From NCBI RefSeq assembly GCF_001194135.2, contig NC_068995.1, positions 58,091,576 to 58,155,575 on the forward strand: 64,000 bases of DNA. The letters run 5' to 3'. Below are positions 52,541 to 64,000 of this stretch, piece after piece. The stretch comes from Octopus bimaculoides (lineage: Eukaryota). Numbering within the stretch: position 1 is the first letter of the stretch; each line of letters opens with the position of its first letter. The notes beneath the pieces are model-generated. The model worked only from the letters and a program-made list of their open reading frames with translations, had not been told where the DNA came from and searched no databases. The position numbers and the translations under genes are program-made.

Positions 52541-53834
52541 ATCTCTTCTAAAAATGCACACATACAGGAGGAGGAAATTATACATATAATAATAGATTGA
52601 ATGTGGCTCCCGATAAACAGTAAAAATAATTACCCAATCAATGACAGGTTTTACTGCTAGTATATGCGTGTGTGGAAAACAAGACAGACAGCACAAAAAA
52701 CGACCCTTCGTCAGTTGTCAGTTGTTTTTCTAATCTGTATTTCGAGCAATTCATGACAAAATATGCCTTCGATAAAACAGTTGCTCCCGCAAAGCAAATT
52801 AAATAAATTTGGGGATTTTGCGGAGTGCCAAAATTGGTGACAAAAGCAGGACTGTGAAAACAAACAGGAAGGGCTGCTAAGCCTAAACGAGGTTGTGGTG
52901 GCAAACGCAAAGAAACAAGCTTGGACAGGAGACAGACAAGAATATGTCTTCCTTGTTCAGCTGCAACAGGAAGAAAAAATGCAACACAAGTTAGAAGAAA
53001 GAAAGATGGCCGTTGGTCACGTGGGAGCCACGTGAGTAAAGGAGACAGAGTGACAGACAGAGAACTGTGAAGGGAGGGGAAAAGATTTAGAGATAGGATA
53101 AGAGAAAAAAAGAGAGGAAGAAGGTGGGTACAAGAATAAGAGAAAGGAAGAGAAAAAAGAAATGGAAGAATAATAGGAAGAATAGAGTCACATGAGAATT
53201 ATTAGGATAAAACTTACTTGGAAAAGGATGTGAGGCGTTCAGATAAAATAATATAATATATATGCATATCTACATACGTATACATACATACTTACATGTC
53301 TACGTATATACATATGTGGGCACAGGACATCACAAAACATAAACAACAAAAAATATGATGTATGAGGACATGGAATAAGGGCTTTTGTGAACAACGAAAG
53401 AAACAAATGGAAAACAAGACAATACAAAGAACGACATATGTATACATGTAAGTATGTACATATACATATGTATGTATGCATATATATATTATTTATATTA
53501 TCATAATTATTTATATATTTATATATACACATATTCATATATATATATATATTTATATGTATACACATATATATATATTCATATATATATATATATATAT
53601 ATATANNNNNNNNNNNNNNNNNNNNNNNNNNNNNNNNNNNNNNNNNNNNNNNNNNNNNNNNNNNNNNNNNNNNNNNNNNNNNNNNNNNNNNNNNNNNNNN
53701 NNNNNNNNNNNNNNNNNNNNNNNNNNNNNNNNNNNNNNNNNNNNNNNNNNNNNNNNNNNNNNNNNNNNNNNNNNNNNNNNNNNNATATATATATATACAT
53801 ATATATATATACACACATATATTTATGAGTGATG

Positions 53835-54085
53835 ATACCTCTTTCCAAGTGCACATTACCAGTGCAGACGACTGGCTGGATGGATCCTGAGAACATTCAG
53901 AACCAGAGATAAGGAAACCATGATGGTCCTCTGGAGGACATTCATCCTCAGCCGCCTGGATTACTGCTCACAGCTATGGTAACCCACCAGTGTGAAATTA
54001 ACAGCGGACCTTGAAGCAATCCAGAGAAGATTCACAAAGAAGATTGTCTCTTTGCAACTGCTCAACTACTAGGAAAGGCTGCTTT
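53835..54085 (+). mobile_element. CR1-clade LINE RT C-terminal fragment
   Basis: LWRTFILSRLDYCSQLW.P....LEAIQRRFTKKI. Confidence 0.8.
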
Positions 54086-54736
54086 CTCCAAAATTGTCCA
54101 GCTGATTTTGAAAGGACAGGTATCATTTTCTTTCAATTGGCAGACATGTTTAGCAAAACTTGTTTCTGTCTTATTTTCAGGGTATCGAAATGAATTTCGA
54201 TCGGAATATAATCTAGTCTTGAAAGAATATTTCAAGGCTCCTGTATGTCTTGTATTCTTGTGAGTCCTTTATTTGTACCTCAGCTCTGTATACTATTCCT
54301 TTCTCTAAACGATTTTCTCCAAATAGACAGCAATTGATGCACAATGAAAAGCATTCTGTCGATGCTGTTCTCATATCATTCATTGACAGCCATATATATC
54401 TTCATTATTTCTGAGCAATGTTCTTTGTTCATCTGGTAGATGAACTTGCAGTCTCACTTTTGTAGTTGCTATTTCATGAATTGAAAATCCTAAAACGCTT
54501 GGCAGCATTTCGTCCATCTTCATGTTTTGAGTTCAGATTCTGCCAATATTGAATTCACTTTTCATCCTTTGAAGGGTGATGAAATACGTAACAATTGAAC
54601 TCTGGGCTTGCTGTAATTGACTTACTCCATCTCTCAATATTGCTAACCTGGTGCCAAAATTGGAAATCAGTATTACAGATTATTAATTAGTGTATGATTA
54701 ATGTTTCAGACTATTATTTTTTTGTTAATATTACAG

Positions 54737-54811
54737 ATGCTGAATATTTGAAACAGTTATGGCTTAAATCTGGCAAGGAAAGACAGATATGGAAATTACA
54801 GTCTACCTTTG
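54737..54811 (+). CDS. TYSND1: TYSND1 coding exon 8
   Basis: Acceptor ttacAG ends at 54736; DAEYLKQLWLKSGKERQIWKLQSTF (cf. VWRLQ); donor GTATGG at 54812; phases 1/1. Confidence 0.85.
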
Positions 54812-55591
54812 GTATGGTTACATTTATTTTCATTAGTTTCTCCCTTAATCTCACTTTCTTACTCCTTAGCTTTGTATATATATATATATATATACATACA
54901 TATATATATATATACATATTTCTCTCACTTTCTTTCCTTCTTTCTGTCTCTTTCTTTCTGCCTATTATTACTTAGCTCTTTCTTTCTGTGTGTTTCATTC
55001 TCAACCCATTTTTTGAATAGATCTCTCAGTGTCTGTCTCATTATCTAGCTAGCTCTCTGCCTATCTATATATTTCTATCCCTTTCACTCACTTGCTCTCC
55101 CTTTCTCCTCTCATCTGTATCTCCCCTCATTCTCTCTCTCTCTATATATATATATACACATATTGTATGTATGTATGTATATATATATATATATATATAC
55201 ATACACACACATTGGGAGTATGTGTGTTTGTGTGTGAGACATTGCTAAATCATCATCTTATTGTGATTGTGCTTTAGAAACTTTGTTATAGCTAAAACCT
55301 GAACACAACTGTGGACATCAATTTAACCAAGGCTGACTTCTTAGGCTCTAGATCTACATATAAACCTTTTTACAAACTTAAAGATGAATTAAGATACATC
55401 AACTGACTTTCCTGCCACCTTTCCAGCATTTTCGGCAACCTTATCTCCAGCATGAGCCATAGGATCTCTAATCAATTATCCTCTAAGGCAGGATCTGCAA
55501 CCATTGGGCCATGGGCCACTAGTGGGCCATGGATCAGTCAGTACAGAACCACACATAAAGAATCAATTTTAAAATTTTATTTTCATTTATA

Positions 55592-55815
55592 GGCACAGGT
55601 ATGGCTGTGTGGTAAGAAGTTTGCTTCCTTACCACATAGTTCTAGGTTCAGTCCCACTGCATGGTACCTTGGGCAAATGACTTCTACTATAGCTTTGAGC
55701 TGACCAAAGAATTGTGAGTAGATTTGTTTGATGGAAACTGAAAGAGGCCTTTTGTATATGTGTCTGTAGCCCAACACCACTTGAGAACTGGTGTTGGTGT
55801 GTTTACATCCCCATA
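55592..55815 (+). mobile_element. tRNA-headed SINE, 5' part
   Basis: ggcacaggtatggctgtgtggtaagaagtttgc...ggttcagtcccactgc head with A/B-box-like motifs. Confidence 0.8.
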
Positions 55816-56256
55816 AACACAAAAGCTTCCATGTGGGGCCAGGTAAAAGTGCCTGTGCAACACCACATAAAAAACACCTGTGTGGCATCACGTAAAAACA
55901 TACAGCACACTTTGTAAAGTGGTTGGTGTTAGGAAGGGCATCCAGCTGTAGAGACCATGCCAAATCAGACTGGGGCCTGGTACAGCTTGCAACTGTCTAA
56001 CGCATGCCAGCATGGACAACAGACAGTAAATGGTGATGATAAAAGAAAATTAGATCAGATACCTAATACTATGTGCAGGCCTGGCTGTGTGGTGAAGAAG
56101 CTTGCTTTGCAACCACATGATTTCAGGTTCAGTCTCAGTGCACAGCAGCTTGGACAAGTGTTTTCAACTACATATATCCCTTGGATCATCAATGTGTGAG
56201 GCAGAAACTGTGGAAGCTCATCATGCATACACACACACACACACACACACACACAA

Positions 56257-56303
<47 letters not shown>

Positions 56304-56706
56304 AGTGTACATCTGTGTTTTTATATTTGTCCCCTACCACTGTTTGACAAGTGGTGTTAGTTTTTTTTCGCATCCTCATAACTTAGCAGTTTTGGAAAAG
56401 AATTTAATTAAATAATTGAGATTCCTTTAGCAAATGAAAAATCAAATTGTGAAAGACCAGAAATCTCTTTAATTGGTTTTTAAATGCTAAACTTTTGGAA
56501 AGTCTTGCAGATTGTATTGAGTCTGAAGATTTTAAATTGTTTGATTCTGTTCTTTCTTTATGTACTGCTTATAAGTTATAGACAAAAGGTCACACACTAA
56601 ATATCTTTTTATGATATCCAAAAGAAATTAGCTCAGGTGGAGGTTCTAAAATCTGTTGTTAATTTGTTAAAGTGCTTTCTATTCTAATTATTTCTTTTCA
56701 TTTCAG

Positions 56707-56738
56707 ATTGTAGCAGGAATCTTCTCAGTAAATTGTGA
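56707..56738 (+). CDS. TYSND1: TYSND1 terminal coding exon, ending in PTS1 (-SKL*)
   Basis: Acceptor ttttcatttcAG ends at 56706; phase 1 gives DCSRNLLSKL-TGA; SKL is the canonical peroxisomal targeting signal. Confidence 0.9.
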
Positions 56739-57027
56739 TCAAATATCTTAAAATTCTCACTCTAATCTATGATGGTGGCACTGGTGATGATGTCAATGGT
56801 TCTAACGCTGTTGATGATGACGATGATGATGGCTGTGGTGGTAGCAATGACAGTGGATTAATTAAATTTGATTACTAACAAAGATAGTAACTGTAGAATG
56901 TTTGAATGAGAACATTCTGTAGTCAAATAGTCATCTTTTGGATGCAGTTTCTGGTGTCTGTGGTATGCAGACACCATTGTGGGAATTATTTGATGTTTGT
57001 AGGGACTCAGTAACCAATCACAGCTGA

Positions 57028-57075
<48 letters not shown>

Positions 57076-57183
57076 NNNNNNNNNNNNNNNNNNNNNNNNN
57101 NNNNNNNNNNNNNNNNNNNNNNNNNNNNNNNNNNNNNNNNNNNNNNNNNNNNNCTCAAAGCCAACCCCTTAAAAACGGACTAA

Positions 57184-57244
57184 ATTATAGATCTTGATTT
57201 CGTAGTTATTTTAGTATTATACAACTTCTACTCGTCAGTATAAT
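57184..57244 (-). ncRNA. Type I hammerhead ribozyme with intact core and AUC cleavage triplet
   Basis: Minus strand: attata CTGACGA gtag [22 nt] ctac GAAA tc aa ga TC tataat. Confidence 0.7.
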
Positions 57245-57548
57245 ATGGTCCAGAAAAATAGAAATAAACAGTGAATCAACATACCAAACGAACACCGTGT
57301 ATCCAGCATAGCATATAGACGACTGTTCATCGCTATTTCCCTATGTAAGTGGCGGGAATTTCAAATTGCATCTCGGTAAATATGCCTCTTACTCAGAATA
57401 AATTCAGCACTGAATATATTCTGGTAATATATTTAAACTCAATAATAGGACGAATTCTTTTACAAGAATTTATCAAGTAGCTAGCGCGAAAAAACCTCAT
57501 AAGGGAAAAATTCCATCATTTATTCCCGAAATATATATTTATATTTAT

Positions 57549-57635
<87 letters not shown>

Positions 57636-57686
57636 CATACACACACATACATATATATACACACCCCCACACACATACATATATAT

Positions 57687-57726
<40 letters not shown>

Positions 57727-57910
57727 ACACACACACAAAAACATATCATAATAATAATTTCTTAAGTAACCAGAAGATGAATTTGGTATTAATTTTTATT
57801 TTGTGCAATGATTGTTTTCACCTATCCTGCTATTGTTTCTTATGGGTGGGACTCCATTTCCAACAGAAACATACCCCGACAGTGGATGACACCAGGTAGC
57901 CCAAATCAGG

Positions 57911-58939
57911 TCTGAATATTTTCTGTCATGTGTTTGCAGAGAATAAACACATGATTAAGTTTATAACCTTTTGTATGTTTCCCACTACATTCTTGTGTTA
58001 GTGTCACATGACAGCATATTTTGCACCTAAAAAGAAAACCTACACGGTTGAGTGAACATGTCTAATTATGATCAAAGTACTCCAAATTTAATTTAATCTG
58101 GTGGCAGAGTGGACAAGAGTTGTTTGTATGTAGTCAAGTGACTAAAATTTTAGGTTGTTAGCTATGTAGGGTCTTCATAAGTGGCAGAATGAACTTTGTG
58201 TGTGAATAATTATTTCTGTATGTACTCTTATTAAAGTTTGTTAAGTTTTGGTTTGTATAAAAGTATTTTCTTTGTTTATCCATGCTTCATCTATGGTATT
58301 TGCTGAACATAGGTAAAGTGGGAAGACCTGGAATTTGGCGGACTTATTTTTGCCCATATGTCTATGTGACTAATCAGGGGAATCTGTCTAATATTGTGGT
58401 CTTGTATTTGTTGTCAGTGAATGGTCAGTCTCTTTCTTAGCGTAAGCTTTGTTTGACCAATGTAATCTTCATTATATCTTTGACATTTTATAGCATATAT
58501 TAAAATCCTTGAATAACATGTAAAGTGATTTTTTTATGTTAAAAGTCTGTCCCGATTTGAACTTGTATTTCATGTCTTCAATAAGGTTAATGCAGGTCCT
58601 GCAATTGGGGCAGCTACATCTTTTTGACTGTTTGTATAGGAATTGTGCAAGGTAATTTAGCACTTGTGAGGAATTTTGCAGGGGACTTGATTGTCTTTTG
58701 AATGCTTGTTTCATTCTTGGGTTGTGTTTTCTAATAAAGGGTAGATTATTGGATGTGTCTGGAGTGTTTTTTGTTTGGTATGCCTTGATTATAACTAAAC
58801 ATGTTCACTCAACTGTGTCAGCCTTCCTTCTAGGTGCAAAATACACTGTCACATGACATGAACGTAACTGGAAACACACAAAAGGTTATAAACTTAATCA
58901 TGTGTTCATTCTTTACAAACACATGACAACACATTCAGA
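57911..58939 (-). mobile_element. 5'-truncated Penelope-like element (GIY-YIG endonuclease) with inverted terminal copy
   Basis: CSCPNCRTC linker, then EDYIGQTKLTLRKRLTIH; 57911-58076 is an imperfect reverse complement of 58784-58939. Confidence 0.85.
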
Positions 58940-59974
58940 GCATTGATTGTTTGGACATGTCCAGTCAACTGTGTCAGCCTTGACTTATGATGCCAAACAT
59001 TGTCACTTTAACGGGGAATCTTCAAAAATTTATATGACCAGTCATGTGACTATCCTCTACCAATCAAATTCTATTCAAAGCATATACTAATTTGAGCCAT
59101 CAACTCCCTATAAAAATAGAGCAAGCTTCAAACACTAGTCATAAGCAAGACAATTGCGACAGGAACCAGGTCTTTATATTTGAACTTTTTGAAAATCAGT
59201 GTAAACTGTGGAACTGGTTAAAGCTTTAAATATTTTAATAGAAATAAAATATTTCAAATATTTTCAGTGCATNNNNNNNNNNNNNNNNNNNNNNNNNNNN
59301 NNNNNNNNNNNNNNNNNNNNNNNNNNNNNNNNNNNNNNNNNNNNNNNNNNNNNNNNNNNNNNNNNNNNNNNNNNNNNNNNNNNNNNNNNNNNNNNNNNNN
59401 NNNNNNNNNNNNNNNNNNNNNNNNNNNNNNNNNNNNNNNNNNNNNNNNNNNNNNNNNNNNNNNNNNNNNNNNNNNNNNNNNNNNNNNNNNNNNNNNNNNN
59501 NNNNNNNNNNNNNNNNNNNNNNNNNNNNNNNNNNNNNNNNNNNNNNNNNNNNNNNNNNNNNNNNNNNNNNNNNNNNNNNNNNNNNNNNNNNNNNNNNNNN
59601 NNNNNNNNNNNNNNNNNNNNNNNNNNNNNNNNNNNNNNNNNNNNNNNNNNNNNNNNNNNNNNNNNNNNNNNNNNNNNNNNNNNNNNNNNNNNNNNNNNNN
59701 NNNNNNNNNNNNNNNNNNNNNNNNNNNNNNNNNNNNNNNNNNNNNNNNNNNNNNNNNNNNNNNNNNNNNNNNNNNNNNNNNNNNNNNNNNNNNNNNNNNN
59801 NNNNNNNNNNNNNNNNNNNNNNNNNNNNNNNNNNNNNNNNNNNNNNNNNNNNNNNNNNNNNNNNNNNNNNNNNNNNNNNNNNNNNNNNNNNNNNNNNNNN
59901 NNNNNNNNNNNNNNNNNNNNNNNNNNNNNNNNNNNNNNNNNNNNNNNNNNNNNNNNNNNNNNNNNNNNNNNNNN

Positions 59975-60349
59975 TAATACCTCATTTAGAGAATTAACAT
60001 TGCTTGTTTTCACTTTTTCGATATCAGTGAATAATTTCACTGGAAAAAGATACATAAGGTTTGCCAAGAGTTGTCCTTCTCATCGCAGATCGGTGGCTAT
60101 CGGACGCTGACAAAGGGAAATAACCCTGAAACCTGGGTCCGTTCGTGCTACAGATCACGATGGGCGGGATAACTTCCCTTGGCAAAACAAACAGGACACA
60201 GAAGTGTGTCGATAAGCCAGCTGGAGGAGATGTCCTCCTGGGGCTAAAAGCAACAGTAACATCCACCCCTAGGGGTCAGCCACATTTAAGTGGCAATATA
60301 CTTCACTTTATCGTACAGTTACTGTTAATACCTCATTTAGAGAATTAAC

Positions 60350-60351
<2 letters not shown>
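59975..60351 (+). ncRNA. Retrozyme-like 351-bp unit with hammerhead (G8A variant) in a long hairpin
   Basis: 26-bp direct repeat at 59975-60000 and 60326-60351; HHR cggacg CTGACAA aggg aaataa ccct GAAAC ctgg GTC cgttcg at 60101-60145. Confidence 0.7.
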
Positions 60352-60393
<42 letters not shown>

Positions 60394-60620
60394 TGAGTTT
60401 AAACAAGAAAAACGACAAAAAAAAAAACAACACGAGGACGTGATACAGATATTGTGTTACTGGATGCTCAGGAAAGGAAAGAATGAGAATTTGACGTTTC
60501 GAGCGGAGCTCTTTGTCAGAAATATAGGAAAGTTCAAAGAAGGGAAGATGGAGGAAGAAAATATTGCCAATGATATACATGAGGTTCTGTGTGTCTGCAT
60601 GGGGTTTATGAGTGTGTGCA

Positions 60621-60690
<70 letters not shown>

Positions 60691-61399
60691 TTTTCTTCTA
60701 CTAGTGAATTTAATTACCTTTTGGATATATGCTTTTTTATATACACCAGTAATGACTTTCTTATTGGTAATGCCTTCCCTGTATATTGCATAAATGTAAT
60801 TATTTTTTCCAAAATAAATTGTAATTCATATTCAAGGCTCTGATGAAGGTACAGGATGCTATTTAGGCATTCAAAAATGTGTCCACTGCATATCATAGCA
60901 GAAACAGCTGTAAGTTAATGAAGTTCATAACATGACCATCATTTTCCCTGTGTCATTCAGTTTTCTTAGTGTGTATGTCCATATAACAGTATGTGTGTGT
61001 GTAAATATATATATGTATGTATGTGTGTGTGTGTGTGTGTATGTGAAGATGCAACACCTAGTGTCATTGTATTGCATAACAAGATTGTGGTTTTGATTCC
61101 CAAGTCAGCAGTGCACTGTGTTCTTGAGCAAAATGCTTCATTTCTCATTGCTCCAGCCCACTCAGCTGTATAAGTGTCACCACCGCAATGAATTGGCATC
61201 CTATTCAAAGGTAATAATGACCTGCCCACCATATCACTGGGCTGGAATCATTTGAAAGGAACAATATTGAGAGGAATTACATTGTGACCTGCAATGTTTA
61301 ACAACATCCAAAAGTCTGCTTGATACTGTCATATATTTATACTTTATCAGAATTTTCAACTTGGATCCAATAAAACATTCCACTCCAATCCTTGTTGTA

Positions 61400-62050
61400 T
61401 ACTTGTATCAAAGCAAGAACAAGCTAGAGTGTTCTGTAAGAAAGTAGTATAACATCAGAATAAAGACAAATTTGATACAACTGTTTTGAGTAGTTATGTA
61501 AGACTGTTCTTACACAAGCTCTTCCTCAGTCAGATATTACAAAATATTAGTGGTGGTGAGGATAAACCTTTGAGGAAACACATTCCAGGCATGGTTATCC
61601 TGTCTTCTATTCAGATATAATGTATCTAGAACCAGATTACCCAACAAGGCAGAAATTACGTAAGAATTATCGTATGCATTCAAAATATCAGTATTTGATT
61701 TTGTCAATATTCTAGTACCAACCATAAAACTGGCAGTTTTGCCAGACAGTTATCATACTAAACCCATTCAAAGGCCTCGCTAATGCCAAGTGTTACAAGA
61801 TTTCATTATCCAACATTCTTGATACCAAATGACCACTCATGAGTGACATAGTGGAATAAGTCTCCGACAGTGCTGACTCTATGGAAGCCATATTGCTGGT
61901 CACTGTGGTTGGGAGAGTGGCTTAAAGCGATGAAGGTTGTAGTTAATTACAACTGTTTCCCTAGTTTTCAAGATTGTTGGAAATGAAATCAATATGGCAG
62001 AAGTAGGTGTCAGTGATTGAAGGGTTGCTCTTTAGAGGATGTGACAAACA
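61400..62050 (-). mobile_element. Jockey/CR1-type LINE RT relic
   Basis: DQQYGFHRVSTVGDL...VTLGISEAFEWV and NVFPQRFIL, decayed versions of QYGFR, LDISKAFDRV and GVPQGSVL. Confidence 0.65.
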
Positions 62051-62059
62051 CCTTGGTGG

Positions 62060-62910
62060 CCATTTAATTTATAAATGGATGGTGTGGTGAGAGAGGTAAA
62101 TGCTAGAACCCTTGGTAGGGGAGCCCAAACGGTGTGAGAAAATGGAGAGAAATGGCAGATGAGTCAGTTGTTGTTTGCTGATGATACAGCACTGGTGGTG
62201 GATTTGGAAGAGCAACTGAGGAGACTGGTGATAGAGTTTGGAAGGGTGTGTGAGAGGAGGAAACTGAAAGTGAATGTAGCTAAGAAAAAAGTGATGTTTG
62301 AGAGATGGAATGGCTGGTAGGATGGATGTGAGACGTTAGAAGAGGTGAGTGCTTTTAAGTACCTGGGATCACATGTGACAGTGGAAGAAGGATTGGCTGA
62401 GGAGGTGGGTTATAGAATGAGGGAGGGGAGTAAGATACTTGGAGTTGTGAAGGGTATGCTGAGAGATAAAAGGTTGAGTATGAAAGTGAAAAGAGGTGTG
62501 TGTGTATAAGGGCCTGATTGTGCTGACAATATTATATGGTGCAGAGACGTGGGGTCTGAGATAGGCAGAAAGGAGATGTTTGAGGGCTAGGGTTGGCATG
62601 ACATGATGAAGAATGAGGAGGTGCAAAGACAAGCAGGAATGAGAGAAAAACTAACAGCCAAATTGGATAGATGAATGTTGAGGTGGTTTGGCCACATGGA
62701 GAGGATGGATGAGGAGTGGATGGTAAGGAGGGTGATGAAGGCAGACGTAGTATGCAGCAGAACCAGAGGTAGACCTTGGTCTGTGCGGATGGATGGAGTG
62801 AGGATAGCTTTAGTGGTTAGAGGTGTTGGAGTGAGAGAGGCAAGAGATTTTATTAATGCTAGGAAAGTTTGGAGAGTGTTGGTGGATGTAGGAGTGAATT
62901 TTGATATTGC
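62060..62910 (+). mobile_element. RTE-BovB-like LINE RT fragment (a different family from the main RTE)
   Basis: SQLLFADDTALV, EFGRVCERRKLKVNVAK, FKYLGS, LRWFGHMERM and RGRP motifs. Confidence 0.8.
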
Positions 62911-64000
62911 TTAAAGAGGTACAGAACCAGCATGATGCAGTGGGGGTAAACCAGCATATGCTGTTGGGCCCCGCTGCTGATACTGGGGGTTTGTATTCTA
63001 TGCCTTGACCCAAGCATAGAACAGGGCTTGCCCCTTTGAACTGGGAAATGAATGGAATGCCTGGTGTGTGTCTTGTTGTAGCTACCCCCTCCTAAAAAAA
63101 AATGGGGAATAGGCCTGGGTATATGTATATGTATATTTTAAAGATTGGGATATAATTTCTTGATAGAGCGAAAAGGAGGGTGTGGGGAGTTTGGGAAGGG
63201 TAGTGCTTAAAGAGGTCATTGAAGTAATGTTGACGTTAAAGACAATGATGTTTATGGTTGTAGATATGGTACTACTAATGTTGCTGACCATAGGACATGA
63301 GTGATGTTGAGAGAGACGAAAGAAATTAAAATGATGAAGATGATGTATGACAAAAAGAATGATGTATGATGAAAAGAATCATGTATGACAAAGATGATAT
63401 ATGATGAAGTTGAGGTATGAAAATTGCTAATATTAATGATGATGATGATATTTATGATTTAATAAAGGAAACTTCACTTTATAACTTTGGATTAAAAGGT
63501 ATTTTTTAGATTTGTCCTCATATTTATATACCTATCAAACAAATTAGTGTTACTCAAAAATAGCCATGACTTAGATAACAATGTTGGCAGGCAAGAAAGG
63601 AGCAAGCTGAAGATCACTTGGTGGCAGATGTTTCAAGTTGACCTGAAGTCAATATTACCAGGATGTGGTGGAAGCTTGCTGTCCATTGGATGACACACAC
63701 AGAAATACTGTTATTTCAAATATCATACAACAAAAATTCTTGATTCATCCAAATTACCTCTAAAGGATTATCATAATTACCAAATCACAATTAAGAGCAG
63801 CTATATTCAAGAAGTGGGGATAATCTCAATTCTCAAAAATTTTCTAACACTGACATGCCATTAAAGAGAAGGTGGAGATAGTTTAGATTTTTGTTATAGA
63901 GTTGTTGACATACAATTGGCCAAATTAAGTTATTGCTCTAACATAATTTTTCTTATATATATATATATCATCATCATCATCGTTTAACGTCCGCTTTCCA

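Noticed and set aside
52690-52800. CTGACGAAGGGTC and CGAAA motifs (minus strand)
   Set aside because: No stem II partner or correctly ordered GAAA/UH.
1-64000. CRISPR arrays, rRNA or bona fide tRNA genes, prokaryotic operons
   Set aside because: None seen; the tRNA-like boxes belong to SINE heads, and the DNA is eukaryotic and intron-rich.

Overview
AT-rich, microsatellite- and transposon-dense animal genomic DNA, probably an octopod cephalopod (inferred from recalled repeat families, not verified), with several N gaps. One protein-coding gene could be reconstructed by hand: a + strand TYSND1 (peroxisomal leader-peptide-processing trypsin-like protease) in 9 coding exons from 18557 to 56738. 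All junctions are GT-AG and phase-consistent, giving 1668 nt / 555 aa with a His-Asp-Ser triad and a C-terminal SKL (PTS1). A CpG-rich, motif-dense region at about 7.6-9.0 kb looks like a bidirectional promoter shared with an unidentified minus-strand gene. The rest is repeats: RTE, CR1/Jockey and RLE-type LINE fragments, tRNA-headed SINEs, hAT/piggyBac MITEs, mariner/maT relics, Helitron and HINE pieces, a Gypsy fragment and Penelope-like elements. The most notable signal is a set of type I hammerhead ribozyme (HHR) motifs: two with intact cores (13243-13358 and 57184-57244, both minus strand), one at the tip of a long rod-like hairpin in a 351-bp direct-repeat-bounded retrozyme-like unit (59975-60351), and two degenerate relics. 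All structures were paired by eye. Most ORFs in the supplied track are microsatellite, gap or TE artefacts, and TE boundaries are approximate.
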